A stretch of 64,000 nt of DNA, from positions 21,268,001 to 21,332,000 of the forward strand of contig CM052818.1 of NCBI GenBank assembly GCA_028534125.1. Direction: 5' to 3'. Within the stretch, counting starts at the first letter, position 1; every line of letters starts with the position of its first letter. The notes below the pieces were generated by a model. That model had not been told where the DNA came from. It saw only the letters and a list, made by a program, of their open reading frames with translations, and ran no database searches. Position numbers and translations under genes: made by a program. The stretch is from Lama glama. Its lineage: Eukaryota. Below, piece after piece: positions 37,441 through 50,808 of this stretch.

Positions 37441-39774
37441 ATACCCTCCTGCCTCCTAGATGATGAGGCAACTGGCTATCAGAAGTAAGAAGGGCATGTG
37501 AGGCAGATGGAGGAGAATAAAAAACGAAAGAGTTTTCAACACCACCTTGGAAAAGATAAAGGAAGATAAGGAGAGCAAACAGAACAAAGGCTTGAGGACA
37601 AGAGGCACATGGGATAGAGGGGCTGGTGTCACATGCTTTGGCAGGACATGTGCCAGGGACAGAGCCCACGTCCCACAACTCTGTGTATTTAAGAGCCACA
37701 TGGGCCTGAGAAATGCCTAAACACAGGGCACCCCAGCCTTTGCTGTCTCAAGCTTCTGGATTCATTGGGGTCTTGGGGGAAAGAGGAGACCCTCACCCCA
37801 GGGAATCAAGACGCTGGAGATAGGAGGCAGCTGCCCACGACGGGGGCATCATAGAACGAAAAATTATCGGGCGTTTGGAAGGACAGCAGACAGAAAATAA
37901 AACCCCTCTTAGGTGTACATTATCTACAACAAGGCAAAGCAAATTTACGAGCATGTTATGGAAACTGCAGGAGAGGGAAATCACAGAAAGCTTCTAGTGA
38001 ACAAGGAAATTGGAAATGAAAACTGGAATCTCCCAGTCCAGTGCCAATTAATTTGCCTGGTGGAAAATGTTATTGATAGTGTCTTTGTTGCTGTCTTCGT
38101 CTTTCTGCTTTATCTTAGTGATTACACAAATATTCGAAAGCCTTCCAAGGGCTCAACCTCCTTGCCCCAATCCTATTTTTCCTGTAACATCTTACAGTTC
38201 TTAAACGTCAATCCTCCTCCCCGTTGGAAGTTTTCTTCATGCCTGGAGAGAGATTCCTGCAGACGTGGTGGGCTCCTGGCAGGCTGAAACTGTGCTTTCC
38301 CATCTCTGGAATCCCTATTGGGCTAAGCCTGGAATAGGCAAACAGTAAGTGCTCCATAAATGCCTGCTGAGCAATGAACGTGTCTCGGTTTTGCCTTCCC
38401 TGGTGTGTGACAATCTGAGACTCACATTGAAAGGCAGCAGGAGAAGGCAGTTGGGCCCCAGTAGCTGCCGACAAGGGGCTCTAAGCAGAGGCTTGTCCCA
38501 GTGTGTATGGGTGGGCGGGTGGTCTGCTGGATGGGGAAGAGTCTGCCAGGATTTACCTGAAATCGCTGCATTTTCCCTAGGCAGACCGAGTTGAAGGTGG
38601 ATGGAGGAGGAGGTAGGGGAAGCCTACCACCCAGGACAACGAAAATAAAGAACAAGACTGCACATCCTGGACCCAGCTGACCCTCTGTGAGATACAAAGA
38701 TGGCTCCGGGCCTGCCTGGGGACAATTCGCTTGGTGTGGACCCCAAAGTCAGAGGAAGACTGAAGGGCAGAACAATTTCCCATTCATGAAGAAAATGAGG
38801 AGGCCGAGTGTCTTTGCAGAGTCAGCTGTAGGCAAAGGGATTTATTTATAATATTATTATTTGGTAGAAAAGAACTTACTATGGCCAAATGTAAAAAGTA
38901 TTTTTTTTGATAAGTTAAAGAGATTAAGAAAAATCGGGCCGATTTTGACAGAGGATGGTGTGTAAACGAGAGGTGTTATCAGTGAGAATCTGGCACCAGC
39001 TCCATTTTGTTATGGTGAAAAATATCAGTATTATTTACTAAGAAGATTAGGGTTGAATTGGAAGAGAGGCTGGTTGTTGTGTGCAGATGGAGATAAGATA
39101 AGGATTTTACCTTCTCTGCAGAGCCAAATGCAGCACACACAGCGCTGTTATCTCGGGGCTGGCAAGCAGGGGGATATTAAGATGTACGTTGTAATTACCA
39201 GTGGCAGGAGCAAATTTCATAGCGACTATTTTAAACCCTAATAAAACGCCGGTCTTTAATTATACAGCTTTGAAATATTTTTCTCAGTTAATTGCAACGG
39301 GGGAAAATAAAATCAACCTCATATTTGAAACTGATTCTCACAGGGAAAGCCCTTGCCTGGCGCTCCAGCTGCCTCTGAGCGCCGCGCTGCGGGCCGAGGG
39401 GCTGCCTTGGCTCTGAATTTCCAGGTCCCATCGCCCCCCTTCCTCCCTGCCTGCCCCCCAGCCTTGTATGGGAGACAGAAGAAAAAAGGGGGAAGTCTTC
39501 CCCTGTAGCATTAGATCCCCACCAAGGAGCCTCATGCTCATTCCTTCTGAGAATGAAGTCTGATTCTAGAAGCTGGAGGCAGGTAGGACAGAGAAGAGAA
39601 GAAAGGAGGGAGGGGTTTCTACTCTGCCAAGGGCTCCAGACAGTGGAGCATCTGACTCCAGAGGCCTATTGAAGCTGCCATCCTTCTGGGTCCACACCTC
39701 TCCTCCTTTCAGGTTCCTAGACCGGAGTCTCCTGTCATTAACCCCTCCCTCCCTTTGGCCCTACGCTAACCGAA

Positions 39775-40010
39775 ATAATAATAGCAATAGTAGTACTAGT
39801 TGTTATTGTGTGATAGCTCCTGTACACCAGGCACTGCCCTGAGCACTTCTGAATCCTTTTTAAACTTCCTGCCAGGAGACAGGTACCGCTATTATTTGCA
39901 TTTTCATCTACATATTTGAGTACTGTTTCTGAAGTCCAGGGAGGTAAAGTAATTGGCCCAGGATCGCACCCAGGGTCGCCATCCAGGTCCATCTGACCCC
40001 AAAGCCCTGC
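39775..40010 (-). mobile_element. MIR
   Basis: aataataatagc...ccaggcactgccctgagcactt...ggaggtaaagtaattggcccaggatcgcacc. Confidence 0.7.
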
Positions 40011-40199
40011 TCCTCATCGCTCAGGGTAAACTCACCTCTCCATCTTGGCTCATCAACTCCCACCTGGGACTGCCCGCAGTCACCTGGACTCCCTGCCCCC
40101 ATCGCCCTCTGAGCGTTGCACCTACTTCACGCCCTTTCTGGGACATTTCAGAGACCCGTCTCACTGCCTGTAGGACAGTCTACCGTCACAGCTGCCCGC

Positions 40200-40700
40200 C
40201 CACCCCGCGGGCCCTCTACAGTCCCGTCCTGAAGACTTTTCCTCACTGTCATCCCCTTCACCCACACAAGAACCTTCCAGTTCTGGAAGGTCCACTGTCT
40301 GCTGAAAGGAACCACACAAGCTTGTTTTCTTCCCGCCTGGAAGCTTCTCTCCACTCATCTGTTCTTCAGAGCCCAGTTCAAACTGCTCTGCTTCCTGAAG
40401 CTGGACGCCCCCCGGGCCTCACGCAGCCCCCTCGGCACTCTGGCCCTGCCCAGGTCCGACCCTCTTTCAGACCAGACCTGCTTTGCACCATTTAGGACAT
40501 AACGCTTTCAAGGACAGCTGCCTCTGCTACCTCCCCTGTCACACACATACCATTCACACCATTTATCTGAGACCCTCAAATTATTTTCTGAGTAATATTT
40601 TTCAGTTACGCTTTAGCACGTGTGTTTTGTTTTACCAGGTGGATTATAAACTTCCTGATGGCAGGAACTATGTGTGAATTCCCTTTACAATCCCAGCCCT
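40200..40700 (+). mobile_element. L2 3' fragment
   Basis: tcccgcctggaagctt...ttcagagcccagttcaaact...ggattataaacttcctgatggcagg. Confidence 0.55.
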
Positions 40701-41769
40701 GACTTGCCAGAGGTGCCTTTGATGGAGAAGGGGCTAGTTTTATACCTGTGTCCCATGAGGTGGAACCAGAAAAACCTGTGGGCAAGAGGCCAAGAGATGC
40801 CACAACCTAATGAGTCTGTGTCACCTTACATCACATAACCCTAATCTCCTCCCATGTGAAATGGGGACAGTAACACTCACCCTACTGAGTGTGGGGTGCT
40901 GTGACCCAAAGACTACATGAGATAAGAAGGGCTCAGTCAGGAAGCACACAAACACGGCATGTTGGCAAATAACCATCTCCTTCTCCCAGGGACTGCCAGG
41001 CTCTTTAAAGGCCATTTTCTTGGCTGGCACCAAAAAGAAAATCTCTCACCCTCCACCACTGGCCTCCGGGCCCCAGCCACGCAGCATGCTGTGGTTAGAT
41101 GAGGAGATCCAGCTCCAGGGAACCATGGCATGAGCTACGGAGGAACTCTGGAGGGTCATCCCAGAATCTTCCCTGGGGCTAGTGGGAGGCAGGAAGCGTG
41201 GAGTGTAGACAGCCCATTAGATACTCAGGTCTGTGGACCATTTCTCCTTCAGGGCTAGGGATAAAGGCAGTCCCCTCCACCCAGGAAGGGCACCAACCTC
41301 ACAACAAAAGGAGGCTTTATCAAAGCCCCCTACAGGACCCATTAGAATGCTTATTTGCTGCCAAACTGTTATTCACAGGAGCAAGTTGCCTTCAGGTGGA
41401 AAGCACAGAAAGTCGGATGCACAGTGCTCCTGTGGTCCGTCTCGCTGAGCTCCCCGACGTGCTCTGGGTGCTGGAAGTTTTACAAAGCAAGCCCTACATC
41501 TCCATCCAGTTACACTCTACTTTCTCAGACTTCATCTATTTAATGTCTTATGGAACTCCTCTGTACCTCACAGCTCCACTTTCCCTTCAGGTCCTTAGTG
41601 GTCTGAAAATAGATACTTAGATACACCAGGAGCCCCCTTCTCCCAGGTTTTAGGAAGACTCTTTCCTACAGAAGGGAAGAATTCTTGGGTCCACAATGGT
41701 TATTACTCTCAATACAAACATTTATCCAGTACTAACTAAATGTACCTATGCGTAAGTTTCAATTTTTTT

Positions 41770-41990
41770 ATTATTGATAACAGTACCTAGCACTGATGGA
41801 AATTTTTTCATATGCAAGGCACTGGGCTAGAGCTCTTTACATGTGGCTTCATTTAATCCTTATAAAACCCTCCAAGGTGGGTGCTTTGATTATCCCCATT
41901 TTACTGATAAGAAAACAGAGGTTTAGAGAAGTTAAGTAACTGACAGCAGAATGCTGAATCCAGTCTCCTTCTAAAGCGGTGCTCTTACCC
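41770..41990 (-). mobile_element. MIR
   Basis: aggcactgggctagagctctttacatg...tcatttaatcctt...attatccccattttactgataagaaaacagagg. Confidence 0.9.
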
Positions 41991-43289
41991 GCGATGTTGT
42001 ACAGCTTCGTGTGGGGCCAGCCTGCATTATTTAAGTGTGCGTCCACAATGAGGAATATCTGATTATGTATGTTTAGCACACGCTCACATGTGTGTGGGTG
42101 TGTGTGTGGCAATCTCATGCCTTTCCCGGCCCTCTCGGCCATAATGACCAAGGCTTTGTGATCCCCCAGCTCTGGGAGGTCAGGGCCCCCTCAGCCCCTG
42201 TGCCCGGGCAAATAGCAGGAGCCAGCTGGCACATGCTCCAGGTCACAGAGCTCAGAGATTGAATCCCAAGTGGTTGTGTGTCCCAGGCGGCGGCAGCTGG
42301 CCCTGGGGTTGCAGCCTTTGTGGGTGCTGGCTGCTGTTGGGGTTCTCACTGTTCCAGAAATGATTAATACTCTGATACTACCTTGATAGCTTTAGGAGAC
42401 ACCCCTCCGTGGACTGGGTTGCTACTGGTTGATACAAAATGATATTTTTTTTTTCAATCTGTTTCATGGTGGCAGTAATTCAGACAAGGAACTCTCTTCG
42501 CCTTCTAGTAAAGCTTTGTGCTGCTTAGAAGGAAAAAAAAATAATCACAGAAAAGGATGAAGAGAATTTTTCAGAGAACTTATACATTAGTAACTGGGAG
42601 CTTAGAAAAATGAAACACTTTCTAAACTTCATATATTGAACAATTGGCTTTTCCTCCCTCCTGAACAATGATTCTCTCCGCTTCTTCCCAAAGCCAGGCA
42701 GCCCAAGGGAAGTACGGTGACAGAGAACACAGCCAGGGGAAGGGCTCAAAGTGTTACAGCATTTTTCTGATTTTTTCACCCAGAAGCAGTTCTATATATT
42801 GGTTTCCCTGAGCAATTGTCCTTTATTTTGCAGCCTGCTCCGGAGGGACAGAACACATAGTTTTAAGCCATAGACAAAAACTAATTTTTAGATTGTGTTG
42901 TACCTTTGTTTCTCCCACATTTGCGATGTGCTTAAGTAGCTTTGTCCCTGGCTAGAGCCTACCACGACCAAAGCAGCTCTTTCAAAGACCTGCTACTTTG
43001 GGGGCCTTCCTTTCGCCATTTTGTCTTCCCTAGGCTGCACACAACCTGAGGTCATCGGTAATAGTAATATTTTAAGAGAGTCCCACAGCATCTGATATTG
43101 CAACAGACATAGAATTCAGTAAAATCTAAGCCACCCATTTGCCAGGGCCAGTCTGTGCTCTGATATCAATGGCCAGCCAGTAGCTAGTCGCTAGTAGCTG
43201 GAAGGGTCTGAGGCTTTGAGGGGATTTGGTGACAAGGAAACTGTGATCAGAGAACTAAGCTTGAGCATTTACTGTAAATCCTTGTAGAA

Positions 43290-44245
43290 TGTTATTTTTA
43301 TCAAAGTTATACAGGTACATAGTTTCAAAGTAAAAAAAAACGTCCCTAACTCTGTAAGGCTCATTCTCAACTCCCTTTTCACGTTCCCCAGAGGCTGCAA
43401 TTTCAAATCTTTTAGCAGCTTCTGTTATTTAGTTCCATTTGTCTAAATAACAGGTTTATACTGTTATTGCTATGTTTTCCAATTTTAGACTCCATCCCCT
43501 AACTTCCTACTAAGGAAGATGACTTTGGGGCGCTCTTACACCTCTCCCCGCACCCCTACCTCACTCACACTTGCTCCCTCCCCACCAACACTTTCTCTGC
43601 CCCCACACTCACAACATAGTTGTATCATAACTTTTGACCTGGTCAATGTTTGGTGTTTTACATTACTATGACTATGAAAATAATTATTTACTTTGGAGCT
43701 GTATGTATTCGAGATTGTATTTCCTTTCTTGTACTTTCCTTAGTTTTGGTAGCATCAACAATTCTCTCTTTTCTTTAGTTTATTATATACTGATTACTAA
43801 TTCATCTCTAAGTATTGTTTAAGTCTTCTCCGGATATGTTTACAATATTAGGAATTTTATCCATTTTGTTTCTTCCAAGAGACTTCCATCTCCTAGTTCT
43901 CTATCCTCCTGCTTCAGTCTGGACTGGACGGGGTATTGCCTCGGCTACTGTGCAGTTATTGTCTTAGGATCTTTCTTATGATTATCTCATCGATTTCCCC
44001 CAGCTTTACTCTTGCATTCGACTCCCTGCTTCTGGCACCCAATGTCTTCCCTTTTCTTCCTCTTACTCCTCCAGATGCTTCATGGCAAAATGTATGTAAG
44101 ACAAGGGGAAGGTGGCATTTTTGAGCTTGTATATGAATGAGAGTGTCATTCACCTGCACTTATGCTTGGCTGATAGTTTGCCTGAGTATAGAATTCTAGG
44201 ATGGAAATAATTTCCTTTCTGCATTTAAAAGCATTTCTCTACTTC
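43290..44245 (-). mobile_element. ancient L1ME-type fragment
   Basis: ttatttttatcaaagttatacaggtacatagttt...; gatagtttgcctgagtatagaattctaggatggaaataattt. Confidence 0.6.
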
Positions 44246-44744
44246 CTGGGATGGCATACTGATTTTGAAATTTTTGAAAACTTGAAAACATTAAACCAGC
44301 AAAATAATATCACAATGATCACAGTGGCAACCTGTTCATAGACTGAAAACTGGAGAAAAATTGAAGGATAGGAGATCACCCTTTGGCACGTATATCTGTT
44401 GACTCTGTTAATAGGAATGGTAGCATTAACTCCCCTTCTGCAAACTCCTTTCCTTGCTTTTTCACCTTCAATGTCTCTCCTACTCTCCTGTCTATTAGCT
44501 CAAGTTGAGTCTTTTCCCAACAGCCTTCCAAACTCCTATCCACCTCATGCCTTCCTAGCATGCTTACCCTGGTCCAGTCCAGGTAAGCTGCTCTTATTAT
44601 CCCCTGTTCACTTTTCCTCTTCACCAGCCAGGAATTCTCTTCCCAGAAAGTTTCCCTTTTAAAACAAATCTTACACATTTTCGAGGCCTATTTCAAAGCC
44701 CATCTTCTCCATGAGATTTGGTTACACTGATATATCTTGTTTGA

Positions 44745-44895
44745 CTCACTCAGCCCTCCCTCCATTCATTCTCTTTGTGGTTGGAGAGATTAGAAAGGTG
44801 AAAACTACATTTCTGAAATTTTCTTGCAGCTAAGGGTTCTGGATTTGAATTCGGTTCTGCCTAACAAGATACACTCACACAAGATTTGGAATCGA
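44745..44895 (+). mobile_element. LTR33/LTR41-like ERVL LTR fragment
   Basis: aaaactacatttctgaaattttcttgcagctaagggttctggatttgaattcggttctgcc...agatttggaa. Confidence 0.65.
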
Positions 44896-45849
44896 ATTGA
44901 ATTGAATTGGATTTTGGAGTTGGATTACTCACCATGGCATCTGAAGAAGAGAATGAATGAGACCAAAGTAAAAAAGAAAAGAGTTTCCCTCAAAGCTGAT
45001 GCTCAAGGGATCAATGTGTCACCCCTGAGGCTGACCATCTGGATGAACTGGGATCTTCCTACTTTGTCCATTAGTCACTCAGTGCATATTCGCTGAATGA
45101 CGAAAGAATTAATGAACACTAGAAGGCTGCTAGAGATTTCAAGGATCGAGGTACTCATTGACCCCCACCCTCAAATAAAAAGAAAAAGAAAAGAAGAGGA
45201 TGTTTCAGTAAAAGATCTTGTCCTGCGGGGTCATCACCTACAGTGGTGGCCAGGGGGTTGATGGCAGACATAGGGGCTAGATGGTTAATTAACCTTGCAC
45301 ATCCTATATACAGAGTCCCCTGAGCAGTTCTGCCTGGTTGGAGGCATTTTTGTTTTGTTCCTTTTGGAAGTAAGTTTCTCTGCCCACAAACTCCCCTCAG
45401 TTCCTTTCCCACTTGCAGGAGTCATGGGAATATCACTCTATAACCACAACACGTGTGGAGGCCCCAGATTGAGCTCTGGGACGTCTCGCATTGTTCTCCA
45501 GGGAGTTCATGCATATCTGCCATTATGTCACTTCTGACACAGAGAAGAAAAGGAAGACTCTGTGGAGAGCGATTGATAAGGCAAGGACAACATGTTCCCA
45601 AGTCGGACAAGTCAATCTTCCAGCTACTCACAAGGAGTTTGTTGGAAAAACTAAATCTACATACCATCTCAAATTCTATCTGTGAGGAGGCAACAAATAC
45701 ACGATCAAATATATAAACAAATCTTTCAAAATTACATGCAGCCATTAATGAAGTAACCACTGGCTAACCGCGAGCTCACCAGGAATCCTGAGGAACCCGA
45801 AGGGGCAGAGGAAAGCAGGACAACCAGAACCAGGAGCAAGAACTAAGTT

Positions 45850-46060
45850 ATATTAACATGTTTGAGCACCTACTGTGCACTGTTTTCAAGTACATTATCT
45901 CATTTAATTCATACGTTGTGCGTTTATAGATTCTCAATTCCATTTTGCAAAGGAGGAAACTTAGGAGCAAGAGGAGTTAAGTCACTTGTCTGAGGCCACA
46001 CAGCTGGTGTCTGAGCTAGGATTCAGACCCGAGCTGTTCTATTTCAAGTCATGGGCTCAG
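45850..46060 (-). mobile_element. MIR
   Basis: ttgagcacctactgtgc...attatctcatttaattc...ccattttgcaaaggaggaaact...gttaagtcacttgtctgaggccacacagct. Confidence 0.85.
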
Positions 46061-46819
46061 TTTCGGTCTCTGTGCACTTGTATGCGCCCCAAACTACAAA
46101 CAAATGGTGAGAACCAGGGAAGAAGATGGAAGAGGCAAAATGTCCATTAATAGTTTTAGGATGAGTGCCAAGGGGCACGGTAAATGGGTAAGGATTGTTT
46201 ATTCTAGGAAAGGTCGTATCTTATGACTTGCGGTCAACTCTTTACTCCAGGGACACGGATGAAATTTAGAGAAGCAGGAGCTCCAGGAGGAGTTATATGA
46301 ATTCCTTAAGAGCTCGTTGACCCTGGAAGAGATTCTCTTCAGTCTGGAGTGGGCTGGGGAGGCTTCCAGAAACTTGGAGGCAGAAAGGGGCATGAATTCT
46401 TTCCCCCACCTCATCCAGAGTACCTCTGTTGTATTAAAGTAGGTTCACTGGTTTTCCCCAACACAGAATAGTTTGAAAACCAATATGGCCCTGCACAACT
46501 TTGAATCAAGCATCTCAGTAAGACTTCCATCATGTACTCACATCATCATTCACTCAACTGGTGAGAATTTATTGAGTTTCAACAAATACTGAGCTTTGTT
46601 CTTAGCCCTGTAACCCTTAAAAGAAAAGAAGTTACTTATTCTCTACCTTAAGAAGCTTACCATCTTAGAGAACAGACTATAAACACGTAAGGCATTTAAG
46701 GAACAATTCACAGTAGGAATGATTAAGTGCCCAAAATAATGATATGGGCTATACAAGTACTATATTTATTTATTTATATTTATTTTCAAAGTAAATGGTA
46801 TGGTTAAAGTGGCAAGTTT

Positions 46820-46823
<4 letters not shown>

Positions 46824-46850
<27 letters not shown>

Positions 46851-46851
46851 A

Positions 46852-46892
<41 letters not shown>
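46824..46892. repeat. (CA)n microsatellite, interrupted
   Basis: two CA runs separated by aaccc (46851-55). Confidence 0.98.
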
Positions 46893-46897
<5 letters not shown>

Positions 46898-47503
46898 AAT
46901 GGAAACTTAAGTCTTTCATGGGAACCAAGATAGAAATTTTTAGTAGAGACCAAACTGCAGTCATTGGTCATCTTAAAACCATCATGGACAATGGCCATCT
47001 TAATCTGAAGCCCCCACCACCAGGTCATATCTAACATATTAAAATTCCCTTGCACCCACACGAAATACACATATGTTTTTTCCATATGAAACATTTACCC
47101 TGAAATGCTTTTTTTACTTTTAAAATTATTTGGCTAAGAGTGACTCATTTAGGTCATAACTGACAATTATTTTCTGGCCAGATGATGCTTACTCAGAAAT
47201 CTGGGGAAGGGGCAAAATCTAATTTCCAAATTATTTTCAAATATGATATTTTTATGAATAGTAAATTTGACAATGACAGGTTACAAAAGATGACATATTG
47301 AAGATATATAAGCCAGCAAATATTAATTTTGATTTTTCAGGTTTTCTTTTAGAATCAAGAGCCAATAAATCTGTTTTATATATGATTGTTGAAAAGGAAA
47401 CATGTAGACCCTAGGATTGTACCCAAGTGCCCATGGATAAAAATGACCTGGATGTGGTATAGAGGACAAAAATAAGACGACTAATCTGATAAAAATATGT
47501 CTG

Positions 47504-47507
<4 letters not shown>

Positions 47508-47543
<36 letters not shown>
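47508..47543. repeat. (TA)n microsatellite
   Basis: perfect TA run. Confidence 0.98.
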
Positions 47544-47547
<4 letters not shown>

Positions 47548-49229
47548 GAAACGAAAGCTTCCTCCACTGATTTTTTCCCCTCCACTGAGAATCACACAAA
47601 ATGTAAAAAGCACAAAAAGTATGAAGGGTACTGATTTCCACTAGAATTGGTCCTTCATCTCATGCTCTCAGAATTACGTAGGTGTGCTGGTACCCAGAAG
47701 CGGGAGGATGAGCCTGGTGGCCACGGGGCAGCCTGTAGAGCCTGAGCGCCCAGGAGAAGGGAGGGGACAACAAGGAAGGATATCGCACACTTTGCTTGGT
47801 CATCACAAACAGCCTCTAGTTTCTGGCAAAGTGACTGGGGACCCCTTTTCCCATACCTGTCCTTCAACTCCTCACCAGTTTCGGTCCCTGTAAATCAAAC
47901 CCATTATCTTCTAAACACTAAATGTTAGACGTACCTTAGAAGCACTTGCCAGCTGAAGTATTTCATGTTTAGACAAACTCATCCTTCCATCGTGGAATGA
48001 TGCCCCAGATGAATGCCTCCTACTACTCTCTCCACACCTTCAGGAAGACACCAGGGCTGTGTGGCCGATTGTCTACAACCCTTTCCATTTACCACAGGCA
48101 GGGATGCGGGGAGAGGCGGAAAGTGGCCTAGGCCTCAAGGCTCCAGGCTACGGTGTGGGCCCGGCTGTGCTGGGTTTGCTGGAAGTCGCTCCCAAAGTGG
48201 GCTGTATTTAGTCGCGGAGACACATGCGACGATTGAACACAACCACCTAGAGGTAGATGAGGAAGTCCCGGGTTGTGTGATGGCCGCAGCAATTCAGAGA
48301 GGAGAAGGACGGAGCCCCCCAGAAATTATGGTCGTTGAACCTGGCAGGGTTTGCCCCGATGTGGGCATGCTTGAGGCTGTTTATCTACCCTGTTGAATCA
48401 CTCAGGTTTTCCAAGTTTCTATCACATTATGGACTCTTTCCTCTCTCCCCTCCTCCCAGAAATATTTGCAAGCTTCTTTAGTCATTTGTGTGTCTTTATG
48501 TTATCAGGGCTGGAGGTGTATCTTCTCTGATAGATAATGGCCCTCAGTTAAGACTGGCAAAAGCTATTTTGCTTGATGTATTAGCGCCCTATTTTAGAAT
48601 AATCCTATTCCCTTGATTCTTTAGTATTTACAATTTTTGTAAGTACCGATTATATTTTCTAAGTCAAAGTGGGGTAAAATTAGTGCATTGTATCCTGTTG
48701 TTGCTGCTTTCTGGAATAGTCAGTCTTACATATTTGAACAATACCACCCTGGTGTAATTTTAGAAGGTAAGAGCTTGATTCTTTAAGAAAAAAAAAAAAC
48801 CACTTAGATGGGCAGTGTGAGCTCTCTCTGAGGATCCTCACATTAGGAGTGTTTTACGTATAGCACACAAAAGGAAAACGCATAAGGAGGGGGATCAGGG
48901 CTCATCTGAGCTGAGAGCTGGACCTATTGTGGCAAATGGGCCCGTTTCTGCCAGCTGCACACCGTCAGCTGGGTGACATTTGAGGCCATCTTCCATTAAC
49001 AGGCTTGCGGTTTGGGGGAGTGACTGGCGGGGGCAGGCGGAGGGCACGTAAAAAGTCAGGCCCAAATAGAAGCGGTGACCCTCCCCAGCTACTCAAGACT
49101 GTGCATTTACCATGCAGTCCCATCAACTTTGGAGCAGCCCTTGTGGGCTTTGGACCTCACTGCTTTGGATTATCTAGAACTCCTGAAATAAATAACTAGT
49201 GATTTCCAAGTGAGCAGTGGCTTTAGGTG

Positions 49230-49345
49230 TTCTGATAGTTGAGTAGAGGGAGAGAGGAACGTGAGCTGGAATACTCAGGGAAGGCTTCCTGGAGAAGAAG
49301 GAGAGAGCCTGGAAAGGTGACCAGGGTTTAGATGGGCAGAGCAGA
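49230..49345 (-). mobile_element. L2 fragment
   Basis: tcagggaaggcttcctggagaagaagg...gagcctggaaagg. Confidence 0.55.
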
Positions 49346-49923
49346 GGACAGAGGCAGAACCTGACTGGGCACCCGGTGTGCTCTGGTCCCAAGCGTGGCC
49401 CTTGTTTGGCTGTGAAAGACCATTCCCTTGGGAACGTCTTTGCTGCCAGCTTCTTATCTGTTGTGCTACACTGATCACTTCAGAGTGTTCATCCATGCCT
49501 CGCCCCTTTTTTGAAAACTTGAATTTCAAAAAGCACCATAAAAGCATAGAGGATAACATAACAAATGCCCTAGTCATCTGAAACAGGAAAACGGTCTATT
49601 GTATCTACTCACATCTTTTTATAATGAGATGACTTTTACAATAATATATTCTCCCCGTCCCTCCCCAGTCTCATCCTCCTGTAATGAATTTGATGTGTAG
49701 CCAGTTTTAATGCTTATACTCTTTAAGTACGTGTCTTTTTCTTGGCCTATTCAAAGACTATTTCCCTTTATTTTTTATCAGGAGGTGAGTGCAGCAAGTG
49801 TCAGACTCTAAATGGGGAATTGGCCGAGTGGGGGCAGTAGGACAGAGGAGGCTGGAAAACTGGGGACCCTTGACTCACAGCAAGTGACCCTCAATGTTCC
49901 TTGGGACATAGATCACATGCCTA

Positions 49924-50808
49924 TTTTTTTCTTTTTTCTTTTTTTTGATTTACAATGTTATATTAGTTTCTAGTGTACAGCATAGTGATTCAGTTATACA
50001 TACATATATAATGTGTGTTCTTTTTCATTACAGGTTACTACAAGCCATTGAATATAGCTCCCTGTGCTAAACAGTAGGACTTTGTTGTTTATTTATTCTG
50101 TACATAGTAGTCTGTATCAACCAATCCCAAACTCTTAGTTTATCCCTCCCTCCCCCTTTTCCCTGGTAACCATGAGTTTGTTTTCTATGTCTGAGTCTCT
50201 TTCTGTTTTGTAAGTAAGTTTGCTTATATCGTTTTTTTTAGATTCCACGTATAAGTGATATCATATGATGTTTGTCTTTCTCTGACTGACTTACTTCACT
50301 TCATATGATAATCTCTAGGTCCATCCATGTTGCTACAAATGACATCATTTCATTCTTTTTTATGGCTGAGTAGTGTTCCATTGTATACATACCACATTTT
50401 CTTTATCCATTCATCTGTCAATGGACATTTAGATTGCTTTCAGGTCTCAGCTATTGTAAATAGTGCTGCTATGAACACTGGGGTGCATGTCCCTTTTCTA
50501 ATTAGAGTTTTCACCTTTTCCAGATATATACCCAGGAGTGGGGTTGCTGGATCATATGGTAAGTCTATTTTTAGTTTCTGAAGGAACCTCCATACTGTTC
50601 TCCATAGTGGCTCCGCCAGTTTACATTCTTACCAACAGTGTAGGAGGGTTCCCTTTTCTCCACATCCTCTCCAGCATTTATTATTTGTAGACTTTTTGAT
50701 GATGGCCATTCTGACCAGTGTGAGGTGATACCTCATTGCAGTTCTGATTTGCATTTCTTGAACAATTAGCAAGCATCTTTTCATGTGCCTATTGGCCACC
50801 TGTATGCC
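49924..50808 (-). mobile_element. 5'-truncated L1 (ORF2 C-terminus plus 3' UTR)
   Basis: translation ANRHMKRC...[35 protein letters not shown] is the L1 ORF2p Cys-rich region; poly(T) at left; TSD cacatgccta at 49914-49923 and 50809-50818. Confidence 0.95.

Noticed and set aside
45579..45614. p53/p63-like cluster of four CWWG cores
   Set aside because: Cores are 8-9 bp apart instead of 10 and the half-sites are mismatched
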